Of a stretch of DNA of 64,000 bases, positions 21,453 through 30,405 are shown one piece after another (position 1 is the first letter of the stretch; every line of letters starts with the position of its first letter). This DNA is from Bdellovibrionales bacterium (GTDB taxonomy: Bacteria > Bdellovibrionota > Bdellovibrionia > Bdellovibrionales > JAUICD01): the NCBI GenBank assembly GCA_965262715.1, contig OZ253553.1, positions 1,472,001 to 1,536,000 on the forward strand, in the 5' to 3' direction. Both the position numbers and the translations under genes were made by a program. Under the pieces are notes generated by a model, which was not told where the DNA came from, ran no database searches, and saw only the letters and a list, made by a program, of their open reading frames with translations.

Positions 21453-22310
21453 TTGTATAAAGAGGAGTATATTATGAAGCAATATTTAATAACCCTTATT
21501 TTATTTTGTTTTCTATTCCAAATAACAGATTTACAAGCACAACAAACAATAACCCCTGACCTTCAAGAAGCTGTAGAAGCCTGCATTACATTAAATGATT
21601 CTTCTACAACTTATCCAGTGGAGATAAAAGTTGTTTTCATCGTTGATAAAGGAAGTCACAATTATATATCTACTGATCTTGCTCCCGAAGGAAATGATCG
21701 TTTTGCATTAACACGTACATACCATGTCCGTCAGCTCTTTGAAGACTATAAAGAGAATGAATGTTTTTCTTGGAGCATGATCACTTTCAGAGGAGAAGCA
21801 GGTGGAAGAAGAGGGATCGCTACAGCTTCTATTTTTGATGATACTGCTATTGATCCCGTCTTTACAAGAGATCACAGCATTGTAAATCAGGCAATAAATA
21901 ATTTATATTATACAACAGATAATCATTCAAATGCTGGAAAAATACAATATGGAGAGGCACTGCAATTAACAAGGCGTCTTATAAGAGATGATTTAGAACA
22001 AACGGATAATACATATTATTTTGTTTTCTTTATTACAGGAGCAGCTCCTAGTGATAGATTCTTCCCAACGTATTACCCTCTTGATGAATATCTCTATAGA
22101 GATATAGAAAATATTGTAAATATCAAGCCTGAAAGGACTTTCTTCTCTACAGCTTATTATGGAACAAATCACCTTACTGAATATACCTACGACAGTTATG
22201 GTAGTGAAGGTCCAAATATTCCTAACGTGATAACTATTTTACAAAATATGGCTAATATTGGAAAAGGTCAGTTTTTCAACCTCACAGAAGGAGAAACATT
22301 AGACCTGTAA
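21453..22310 (+). CDS. Exported vWA-like domain protein (start probably 21474)
   Basis: Signal peptide; KVVFIVDKGS (degenerate DxSxS), Y..AL..., YFVFFITGAAP, LQNMANIGKGQFF. Confidence 0.6.
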   Translation: MYKEEYIMKQYLITLILFCFLFQITDLQAQQTITPDLQEAVEACITLNDSSTTYPVEIKVVFIVDKGSHNYISTDLAPEGNDRFALTRTYHVRQLFEDYKENECFSWSMITFRGEAGGRRGIATASIFDDTAIDPVFTRDHSIVNQAINNLYYTTDNHSNAGKIQYGEALQLTRRLIRDDLEQTDNTYYFVFFITGAAPSDRFFPTYYPLDEYLYRDIENIVNIKPERTFFSTAYYGTNHLTEYTYDSYGSEGPNIPNVITILQNMANIGKGQFFNLTEGETLDL

Positions 22311-22429
22311 ACAGAATGTATTGATTTAATTCCCCTCTTTTACAAAAAGTAGGCTAAGTCGGGCAATATTATAGACTTACTTATTGCCCGATCTTGCCCA
22401 TTCTTCCCCTTTAAGTTACAATAATAGGG

Positions 22430-23557
22430 ATGCTATCATTTCCAATAGACAACAGACTGACCAAAGACCTTATAACTCTTAACGAGCTTGTATCAGAAAA
22501 ATACGCTCTTTTAGAAACATTACCAAAAGATGAGAGGGAAAATATACATCGTTATGCGCGAATCAGTATGATTGGGGCTTCTACCCGGATAGAAAATGCC
22601 ATATTAACAGATAGCCAAGTGGATTGGCTAGACTCTATTTTGGGTGAACCCAGCAAAAGAACAGCTTTAGATGAACACAGAATTCAAATTGAAGATAAGT
22701 TATCAAAAGATAAGAAAAGAAGTATTGAAGAGGTAGTTGGCTGCCGAACAGTTCTTTTACTGATATATGGACAAGCTAAAGATTATCTTCCATTAACAGA
22801 GTTTTTATTAAGGTCTCTTCATTATGAACTTTTACGTTTTTATACAAAGCCAGGAATAAAAAAAGGTCAGTATAAAGATCATTCCAATTCAGTTATTAAA
22901 GAAAACCAAAAAACAAAAGAAAAAAGTCATGTTTTTAAAACTGCAGATCCAGGAGTCATCACCCAAATGGCTATGAAAGAGTTGATTCAATGGTATAATG
23001 CAGCTATTCAGACAGAACCTTGGCCTATTGCAGTTGCAACAGAGTTTGTATATAGATTTTTAGCTATACATCCATTTCAAGATGGTAATGGCCGGTTAGG
23101 CAGATCCCTTATGTTGATGTCACTACTTCATTGCCCTGATAAAAAATTATCCTCTGTTATATATTATCTTGCAATAGATCGTCATATAGAAAAACATAGA
23201 GAAGAATATTACCTTGTCCTTAATCAATGTTCTGGAGGTGAATACAAACAAAATCCTACTGAATACAAAATTCACTTTTTTCTAAAATTCATGATAAAAA
23301 TTCTTAAAGAAGCAATGGCAGATATTGATTTTTATTCTAGAAGAGCAAAAGCTTATAAAAAACTCTCGGAGTCTTCTATAAAAATTCTGTTGTGTTTTAA
23401 AGAGAAAGCTGAAGAAAAATTAAAAACAAGTGATATACTTAAGGAAACTAAGCTACCAAAAAGAACAATTACAAATTCCCTGAAAACATTAATAGATAAA
23501 GAGTTTATCGCAAGATACGGACAAGGTGCCGCTACTTATTACCGCCTCATATTTTAA
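22430..23557 (+). CDS. Fic-domain protein with C-terminal HTH
   Basis: Canonical HPFQDGNGRLGR motif; ASTRIEN; winged-HTH-like tail G.G..T.Y. Confidence 0.92.
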   Translation: MLSFPIDNRLTKDLITLNELVSEKYALLETLPKDERENIHRYARISMIGASTRIENAILTDSQVDWLDSILGEPSKRTALDEHRIQIEDKLSKDKKRSIEEVVGCRTVLLLIYGQAKDYLPLTEFLLRSLHYELLRFYTKPGIKKGQYKDHSNSVIKENQKTKEKSHVFKTADPGVITQMAMKELIQWYNAAIQTEPWPIAVATEFVYRFLAIHPFQDGNGRLGRSLMLMSLLHCPDKKLSSVIYYLAIDRHIEKHREEYYLVLNQCSGGEYKQNPTEYKIHFFLKFMIKILKEAMADIDFYSRRAKAYKKLSESSIKILLCFKEKAEEKLKTSDILKETKLPKRTITNSLKTLIDKEFIARYGQGAATYYRLIF

Positions 23558-23766
23558 GTTGTCTTAAACCAAAGTGCTTTAAAAAAATCAGTACAAATTC
23601 AGATGTTTCATGTTCTTACTCTTTTTAAAATTTCTCTTGCTTTTTTTTCAAAAATCATTTAAGAAGTAATATTTAGACTCAGTCAATAAAAGAGTATAAC
23701 TAAAGTTTTTTAAAAACCGTTGAAAAGATCGACAGGCTTAACAAAATCAGAGGGGTTAAAAACATA

Positions 23767-24186
23767 ATGAAAATGTATATATCATTTTTACTCATTTTAG
23801 GAATAGGATTTACCGGTCAGACCTTTGCTCAATCACAAGAGGAGGACGCAACAGGAGTTATATTTGGCTGTTCATTTTCTGGTTATCTTCAATGTGTCCT
23901 TAATGCAATTGCATCTGGAGGGGATGTGAATGCTACTTTGGATCAGACCCCTCTTATGATTGTTTCTGGCTTAGGACATATTGAGCTTGTTCAAGCTTTC
24001 ATTGGTGCAGGTGCAGATATAAATGCTTCTACTCGTACGGGATGGACGCCACTCACTTATGCTGTGAATGAAGGGCATACTGACATAATTCGGCTCCTTC
24101 TCGAGCGTGGTGCGAGTGTAGAAGTTCTATCTGAAGCGCAAACAGCAAAGATGAATCGATTATTACAAGAAAACCCACCACTTTAA
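23767..24186 (+). CDS. Small exported ankyrin-repeat protein, copy 1
   Basis: Signal peptide; QTPLMIVS..GHIELVQ..I.AGADIN and GWTPLTYAVNEGHTDIIRLLLERGA. Confidence 0.9.
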   Translation: MKMYISFLLILGIGFTGQTFAQSQEEDATGVIFGCSFSGYLQCVLNAIASGGDVNATLDQTPLMIVSGLGHIELVQAFIGAGADINASTRTGWTPLTYAVNEGHTDIIRLLLERGASVEVLSEAQTAKMNRLLQENPPL

Positions 24187-24187
24187 T

Positions 24188-24416
24188 TAGAACTCATCTT
24201 AAAATTACTTCTTGCGCTCACGTTTTCAAAACAACCTCTTAATTTAGACTCTATATAAAAGGGCTGTCTCACTCAAAATGGACAGACTCTCTTAAAAGCG
24301 CGTATACACGCTTTTAAGAGAGTCTGTCCATTTTGACTAGAAGCCATCTCATAAAATAATATTTTGCATTTCGACTTCTTAAATATTATAAAACTTTATT
24401 TTTGAGATGGCTCCTA
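24188..24416. repeat. MITE-like element containing a 64-bp near-perfect palindrome (copy at 27807-28035)
   Basis: Ends TAGAACTCATCTTAAAA / TTTTGAGATGGCTCCTA resemble those of 41119-41455; palindrome 24273-24336 has 28-bp perfect arms. Confidence 0.7.
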
Positions 24417-24508
24417 AAATCACGAGCAGCTTTTTTAATATTCAAGCAGATGACCAACGCTATTTCAAAAAACTGATAACTTTACTTTATTAGATAGCTT
24501 CTAAGAAC

Positions 24509-25210
24509 CTATCCGAAAAAGACACCTACCCCTAATGTGATATAAAAACCATTCAAATTCATTTTATTATCATCAGGTACTTCTCGATCAGTGCCATCAT
24601 ATTCCACTTCAAGATCAGTAAAAGAAAACAAATCATACCCAGCTTCTAACTTAAAAAGAAAGTTAGAAGTTGGCATAAATCCAAATTCTACGCCTAATTG
24701 ACCAGTAAGTTGATCCCATAAGAACTGGTTACTTCTAGTTTCCATTTTTTTAACATTTGTACCACCAACACTAACACCATTGCCAAAATCTTCTGGGAAT
24801 TTGACAGATTTCCAAATATCTAAACCAAAAATAGCTCCTACAAAAAACTGATCCATAAGAAATCTGTAATTTGTAAGGAAAGCTATTCGATGAGTGGTAA
24901 ACTTATACTTACCTGTGATATCATTACTCTCTGCTTCCTTTTCTCCTTGAAAATCAAAACGATATCTAAGTCCCAAACCAAGACTAGCATCCTGCATTGG
25001 ATTTCTATAGAAAACATCTGCACCTAAATGCCATGGTTGATTTTTTTGTACCGTATTTAATGATATAACCGCATTTGAAATACTGACTTTACCTCCAAGT
25101 TTTTTACCAAAATGACCTGAAAATTCTATATTGCCATAAGCAACATGAGAACCCATCACCATTGTAAATAAACAAATGAATAAAACTTTTGATTTATTGA
25201 AAAATAACAT
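24509..25210 (-). CDS. Outer-membrane beta-barrel protein, copy 1
   Basis: Signal peptide, alternating hydrophobic strands (LGLGLRYRF, FKLEAGY), C-terminal GFYITLGVGVFFG. Confidence 0.75.
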   Translation of the reverse strand: MLFFNKSKVLFICLFTMVMGSHVAYGNIEFSGHFGKKLGGKVSISNAVISLNTVQKNQPWHLGADVFYRNPMQDASLGLGLRYRFDFQGEKEAESNDITGKYKFTTHRIAFLTNYRFLMDQFFVGAIFGLDIWKSVKFPEDFGNGVSVGGTNVKKMETRSNQFLWDQLTGQLGVEFGFMPTSNFLFKLEAGYDLFSFTDLEVEYDGTDREVPDDNKMNLNGFYITLGVGVFFG

Positions 25211-25381
25211 AAGATACCCCTCCTAAATGAAACTATTAATTGCTATTAACCTTATACTAAATACTTACTTAAATACAGAGAGGTAGCAAGAAGACTTAAT
25301 GCCTTAAGTCAAAGACGAGATCTTCCGCAGAGTCATCGCTACCAAGCGATGACTCGAGGACTTTGAGGATTTGGCTTAAGG

Positions 25382-27334
25382 CCTGAGTTTGACAGTTGCG
25401 AAAATAAAGTTGAGTTATTTTAGTTAGTTACAGTGGATGTGTGATTTTGTACCACTACATTTTGATTTTGTGGTAGAGATTTAAGAGATTGTTTGTAGGT
25501 TTAAGTAGATTCAATTTTAAGTTGTTTTGATGGGATCTTAACTCCTATAGCTTTAAATACATCAGCGTTATTGCCATAAATATCTGTTCTTATCCAAATA
25601 GTTTTGTTTTTATATCTGACAGGTATAGCTCGTACTTCTTTCAGCTTTGACATAGCTTCCGCTACACTCAATGGCCTTGACTTTATTCTCTTGTCTGTGA
25701 TCGCTTTATCTTTTAATGTGATGTTTCTTTGATGTAACTTCTTTGCAAAATAAGCCTCACATAAGTAAGATAAAAAACACACAACTAAATGACCTAATAT
25801 CCTCTTATCTGTCCAGTGGAACATAGGACGTGTCTTTAATGTACCCTTCAACTCTCTAAATGAATTCTCTACCTTCCATAATTGCTTATAGTTCATTATA
25901 ATCTCTTCAGAGCTTAAATCTGTATTTGTAATTATTCCAAAAAAACCATCTGTCCTCTCTGATTGTTCTATAGCTGACTTATTTAAAGTAGGCTTGCCTT
26001 TACTCTTAGGATGAACAATATACTTCTTATAATTACTATTAGATAAAAAAGATCTTGTGCTTATGGACTTCTTTGATAATTGAGCTTCTATCTTAGATAG
26101 AATATCTTCTCTTACTTTCTTATCTCGTTCTGCTCTCTTTCTCGACCAGGTAATTATACAACGATCATTATTATAGCTTGTCTCGTATATAGCTAAATCT
26201 TCATTTATAAATTTAAAATTCTTTAAATTGTATATCTCTGCATGACGATCCTTTAATAAACCTAGCTTTAATCCTACTATAAATTCATCTCCCTTTGCTT
26301 TTAATGATTGGAGATTCTCATTAGAAAATAAACCTCTATCTCCTACTAATATAAATCTTCTGATCTTAAACTTCTTTTTTAGCTTCGTCATAACTGAAGG
26401 TATTGTTTTACCTTCAAATGTATTCCCAGGATAAACATCAAAGCCTAAGGGCATACCTTCTGTATCTACTAAAAGTCCAAATACCACTTGTGTGCAATCA
26501 CTCCTCTTCTCTTTGCTATAACCAAACCTTCGAAGATTATCTAAATCCTCACGGGTACTCTCAAATCTCAATGTCGTTAAATCATACAAAATAACATCAC
26601 ACTCATTGAAAAAACTTAATTGAGACTTACCTCGCATATAAAGAGTCTTCTCTATATCTTCTTTATGCTTACTTAGAATATCTAAAGAACGATAAATGTC
26701 TTGAAGATGAAGCTCCCCTTCTAAAAAATCAGGATAAAATAACTTCTGCCAGTGTGAAAATACTTTAAGCTTAGAACAAGGCTCTACAAAACGACTTATA
26801 ACCAATGTAAAAATAATCTTAACAAAATCAAATTGCACTTTACGATGCTTCTGTTTTAAATCTGTTAATAATCTATAGAGATTTAATTGTTTAAAAATAG
26901 TATCTATTATAAGCAAAGGACCTAAAATAAAAGTGTCTTTTACATCAATCTCTTTTAATAACTTACTAGCAGGAATTATCTCTAACTCTTTAGATAATAC
27001 GTCTAGAAGCTTCTTCAAGTTAACTTCCTTATCCGCGGCTTTACCTAAAGACATTAGAATCCTTTGCTTCACTTGAGAACCTAATCTGTAGCTCTCAACA
27101 AGATGATAATATATGTCTCCTCTCGGATTTCTTGTAGACCTTATGAACATAAAAATACATTACAAGAAAAATATAAAAAATAAAAGAAAATAAGGTATAT
27201 GACGCGTAGTGTATGATAAATAAGTACACTACACTTTTTGACCAAAATACAAACACAATAACCGCTAATGACTATAAATACAACATTCCTTGAAAAAAAT
27301 ATCACGAAAATTCAAATTAAGTGTCAAACTCAGG
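25382..27334 (-). mobile_element. IS1634-family insertion sequence B (1,953 bp)
   Basis: 13-bp perfect TIRs CCTGAGTTTGACA / TGTCAAACTCAGG enclose a single transposase gene. Confidence 0.93.
25501..27150 (-). CDS. IS1634-family DDE transposase
   Basis: YYHLVESYR, LYDLTTLRFE, FGYSKEKRSD..QV, VGDRGL, YKQLWKVENSFR.LK..L.TRPMFHW...RI.GH. Confidence 0.93.
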   Translation of the reverse strand: MFIRSTRNPRGDIYYHLVESYRLGSQVKQRILMSLGKAADKEVNLKKLLDVLSKELEIIPASKLLKEIDVKDTFILGPLLIIDTIFKQLNLYRLLTDLKQKHRKVQFDFVKIIFTLVISRFVEPCSKLKVFSHWQKLFYPDFLEGELHLQDIYRSLDILSKHKEDIEKTLYMRGKSQLSFFNECDVILYDLTTLRFESTREDLDNLRRFGYSKEKRSDCTQVVFGLLVDTEGMPLGFDVYPGNTFEGKTIPSVMTKLKKKFKIRRFILVGDRGLFSNENLQSLKAKGDEFIVGLKLGLLKDRHAEIYNLKNFKFINEDLAIYETSYNNDRCIITWSRKRAERDKKVREDILSKIEAQLSKKSISTRSFLSNSNYKKYIVHPKSKGKPTLNKSAIEQSERTDGFFGIITNTDLSSEEIIMNYKQLWKVENSFRELKGTLKTRPMFHWTDKRILGHLVVCFLSYLCEAYFAKKLHQRNITLKDKAITDKRIKSRPLSVAEAMSKLKEVRAIPVRYKNKTIWIRTDIYGNNADVFKAIGVKIPSKQLKIEST

Positions 27335-27385
27335 ACCGTTGAAAAGATCGACAGGCTTAACAAAATCAGAGGGGTTAAAAACATA

Positions 27386-27805
27386 ATGAAAATGTATATA
27401 TCATTTTTACTCATTTTAGGAATAGGATTTACCGGTCAGACCTTTGCTCAATCACAAGAGGAGGACGCAACAGGAGTTATATTTGGCTGTTCATTTTCTG
27501 GTTATCTTCAATGTGTCCTTAATGCAATTGCATCTGGAGGGGATGTGAATGCTACTTTGGATCAGACCCCTCTTATGATTGTTTCTGGCTTAGGACATAT
27601 TGAGCTTGTTCAAGCTTTCATTGGTGCAGGTGCAGATATAAATGCTTCTACTCGTACGGGATGGACGCCACTCACTTATGCTGTGAATGAAGGGCATACT
27701 GACATAATTCGGCTCCTTCTCGAGCGTGGTGCGAGTGTAGAAGTTCTATCTGAAGCGCAAACAGCAAAGATGAATCGATTATTACAAGAAAACCCACCAC
27801 TTTAA
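27386..27805 (+). CDS. Small exported ankyrin-repeat protein, copy 2
   Basis: Identical to 23767-24186; the ORF-track extension to 27290 starts inside the IS end. Confidence 0.88.
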   Translation: MKMYISFLLILGIGFTGQTFAQSQEEDATGVIFGCSFSGYLQCVLNAIASGGDVNATLDQTPLMIVSGLGHIELVQAFIGAGADINASTRTGWTPLTYAVNEGHTDIIRLLLERGASVEVLSEAQTAKMNRLLQENPPL

Positions 27806-28127
27806 TTAGAACTCATCTTAAAATTACTTCTTGCGCTCACGTTTTCAAAACAACCTCTTAATTTAGACTCTATATAAAAGGGCTGTCTCACTCAAAATGG
27901 ACAGACTCTCTTAAAAGCGCGTATACACGCTTTTAAGAGAGTCTGTCCATTTTGACTAGAAGCCATCTCATAAAATAATATTTTGCATTTCGACTTCTTA
28001 AATATTATAAAACTTTATTTTTGAGATGGCTCCTAAAATCACGAGCAGCTTTTTTAATATTCAAGCAGATGACCAACGCTATTTCAAAAAACTGATAACT
28101 TTACTTTATTAGATAGCTTCTAAGAAC

Positions 28128-28829
28128 CTATCCGAAAAAGACACCTACCCCTAATGTGATATAAAAACCATTCAAATTCATTTTATTATCATCAGGTACT
28201 TCTCGATCAGTGCCATCATATTCCACTTCAAGATCAGTAAAAGAAAACAAATCATACCCAGCTTCTAACTTAAAAAGAAAGTTAGAAGTTGGCATAAATC
28301 CAAATTCTACGCCTAATTGACCAGTAAGTTGATCCCATAAGAACTGGTTACTTCTAGTTTCCATTTTTTTAACATTTGTACCACCAACACTAACACCATT
28401 GCCAAAATCTTCTGGGAATTTGACAGATTTCCAAATATCTAAACCAAAAATAGCTCCTACAAAAAACTGATCCATAAGAAATCTGTAATTTGTAAGGAAA
28501 GCTATTCGATGAGTGGTAAACTTATACTTACCTGTGATATCATTACTCTCTGCTTCCTTTTCTCCTTGAAAATCAAAACGATATCTAAGTCCCAAACCAA
28601 GACTAGCATCCTGCATTGGATTTCTATAGAAAACATCTGCACCTAAATGCCATGGTTGATTTTTTTGTACCGTATTTAATGATATAACCGCATTTGAAAT
28701 ACTGACTTTACCTCCAAGTTTTTTACCAAAATGACCTGAAAATTCTATATTGCCATAAGCAACATGAGAACCCATCACCATTGTAAATAAACAAATGAAT
28801 AAAACTTTTGATTTATTGAAAAATAACAT
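28128..28829 (-). CDS. Outer-membrane beta-barrel protein, copy 2
   Basis: Identical translation to 24509-25210. Confidence 0.75.
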   Translation of the reverse strand: MLFFNKSKVLFICLFTMVMGSHVAYGNIEFSGHFGKKLGGKVSISNAVISLNTVQKNQPWHLGADVFYRNPMQDASLGLGLRYRFDFQGEKEAESNDITGKYKFTTHRIAFLTNYRFLMDQFFVGAIFGLDIWKSVKFPEDFGNGVSVGGTNVKKMETRSNQFLWDQLTGQLGVEFGFMPTSNFLFKLEAGYDLFSFTDLEVEYDGTDREVPDDNKMNLNGFYITLGVGVFFG

Positions 28830-28909
28830 AAGATACCCCTCCTAAATGAAACTATTAATTGCTATTAACCTTATACTAAATACTTACTTAAATACAGAGA
28901 GGTAGCAAG

Positions 28910-29011
28910 AAGACTTAATGCCTTAAGTCAAAGACGAGATCTTCCGCAGAGTCATCGCTACCAAGCGATGACTCGAGGACTTTGAGGATTTGGCTTAAGG
29001 CATTAAGTCTT
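28910..29011. repeat. Palindromic element with 23-bp arms and core TCTTCCGCAGAG-hairpin-CTCGAGGACT (copy at 25291-25381 cut by the IS)
   Basis: Arms AAGACTTAATGCCTTAAGTCAAA / TTTGGCTTAAGGCATTAAGTCTT (one mismatch); inner hairpin GAGTCATCGCT-ACCA-AGCGATGACTC. Confidence 0.8.
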
Positions 29012-29418
29012 ACCCTCAATATGGTCTTGTTGCACAAGCAGCAAGTTTAATGAGCTAAGAGATTTGTGACAGGTTTCTGAAGCAGGCCTAGGCCAGTGCC
29101 TTAGGAGACAAGGTTTTTATAAAATACTTTATTCTATAATAAAATCATAAAATGAAAGTAATAGAAGGCACGGGGGTTGCCTGCCCGCTGCTTCAAGAAG
29201 CCTGTCACAAAGCTCATTCTTAAATCTTTATGCAACAAAAGAGATCTTTAATTATAAAAATAATGAAAGTTTATTGCTCGGAGGCCTTCTGCTGCTAGTG
29301 AAGATGCCTGCCATAGCTACTATATACAAATGCTATTTATGTAATATAAAACCATAACCTTGCCAATGTAGTACTAAAATCATCAACGGATTTTTTAATA
29401 TTCGAGTAGATGATCAAA

Positions 29419-30402
29419 TTAAGGGGAAAAATCAAAACGAGAAGGTAATCCTCCACCTTCTGTGTAGTTTCTTTTTCTATTTCTAAGCCTATCTCTATGT
29501 CTATGCCACCAATTTTTATTCCTTCCTTTATCCTGATTATAGTAATAAGTTAATGCAGCAACATATTCTGCAATACCCTGTCCTTGATTTTGAGGTGACT
29601 CATAATCATTGTTAGCATAACAATAATGTTGTTGCGCTTGGACACTCTTACCATCATGGATCAACTCTCTTGTGATGGTCGTTGCTCCTCCTTGTCCTTG
29701 TTCAACAAACATCAAACCATCAGGATACTTATTGAAAATTTGAGCAATATTACTATCTTGAGGCTCTGCTAATAATCTTTCTCTTTGAGTTTCATCTTTT
29801 CTACCTTTACCATATTTTGTTTTGACCTTATACTCACTATGGTATTTTTCTTTTTCTACTAAAAAGTCTGCTAATTCATTAAGGTCTGAATATGTTATCG
29901 ATTCTTTGCTAAGCTTGTCTTTAAGCCTTTGAACTGTTTTATAAGTATCCCCACAGTGTTTGAGTGCATTGACAGTCTGATCACCATAACCAAATTGACC
30001 TTCTAGACCTTTCGGTTTTGCTTTACACACGGTCTCTTGACATTTTTTAACTAGCACATCCAAACGTGATATCAAGAATGGACGTATATACTCCCAATTA
30101 GGGACTGTATCGTTCGAATTGGATTCTCCGCATTCATAGTGCTGTTTCAACATAGCTTGCACAGCAATCAAAGAGACCAATCCATCATCGTCTTCAACTG
30201 TTTTCTCACAATGTTTATATTCCGGTTTTCCATCAGTCTCACCAGCGCATATATGAGTAAACACTAAATTGATCTTATCGCCTCTTTTTTTCTCTATACC
30301 AATTAAACCAAAAGTTGGATTCCATTGCGGCTGAGGTTGAGTTAGAGCTGATTGGCTAATCATTGTAGTCAAAATAAAAAATAATATTTGTGATAACTTC
30401 AT
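29419..30402 (-). CDS. Exported Cys-containing hypothetical protein, paralog of 30406-31341
   Basis: Signal peptide; shares WNP..GL..IEKK, VED.DGL.SL.AVQ..LKQHY.C..SNSNDT.P.WE with its neighbour. Confidence 0.7.
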   Translation of the reverse strand: MKLSQILFFILTTMISQSALTQPQPQWNPTFGLIGIEKKRGDKINLVFTHICAGETDGKPEYKHCEKTVEDDDGLVSLIAVQAMLKQHYECGESNSNDTVPNWEYIRPFLISRLDVLVKKCQETVCKAKPKGLEGQFGYGDQTVNALKHCGDTYKTVQRLKDKLSKESITYSDLNELADFLVEKEKYHSEYKVKTKYGKGRKDETQRERLLAEPQDSNIAQIFNKYPDGLMFVEQGQGGATTITRELIHDGKSVQAQQHYCYANNDYESPQNQGQGIAEYVAALTYYYNQDKGRNKNWWHRHRDRLRNRKRNYTEGGGLPSRFDFSP

Positions 30403-30405
30403 TTT

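Larger units (their letters stand above)
23716..25381. repeat. 1,666-bp direct repeat, left copy (putative target-site duplication of IS1634-family element B)
   Basis: ACCGTTGAAAAG...TGGCTTAAGG matches 27335-29000 (offset 3619) and abuts the TIR at 25382. Confidence 0.92.
27335..29000. repeat. 1,666-bp direct repeat, right copy
   Basis: Starts immediately after the TIR ending at 27334; both encoded proteins are identical to those in the left copy. Confidence 0.92.

Noticed and set aside
19434..22310. MoxR-vWA chaperone operon
   Set aside because: The vWA-like gene is on the opposite strand, separated by another gene and exported; no DUF58 partner follows moxR.
15478..23557. NADAR and Fic genes as a toxin-antitoxin or DarT1-NADAR defence locus
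   Set aside because: No ADP-ribosyltransferase gene is adjacent, the NADARs have signal peptides, and the Fic gene is separated and stand-alone.
27290..27385. 32-aa N-terminal extension of ankyrin copy 2 as a real protein start
   Set aside because: The TTG lies within the IS end and would bury the signal peptide; the native ATG and RBS are retained at 27386.
23716..29000. Composite transposon carrying the ankyrin and beta-barrel genes
   Set aside because: The geometry is reversed: one IS sits between two copies of host DNA, rather than two IS around cargo.
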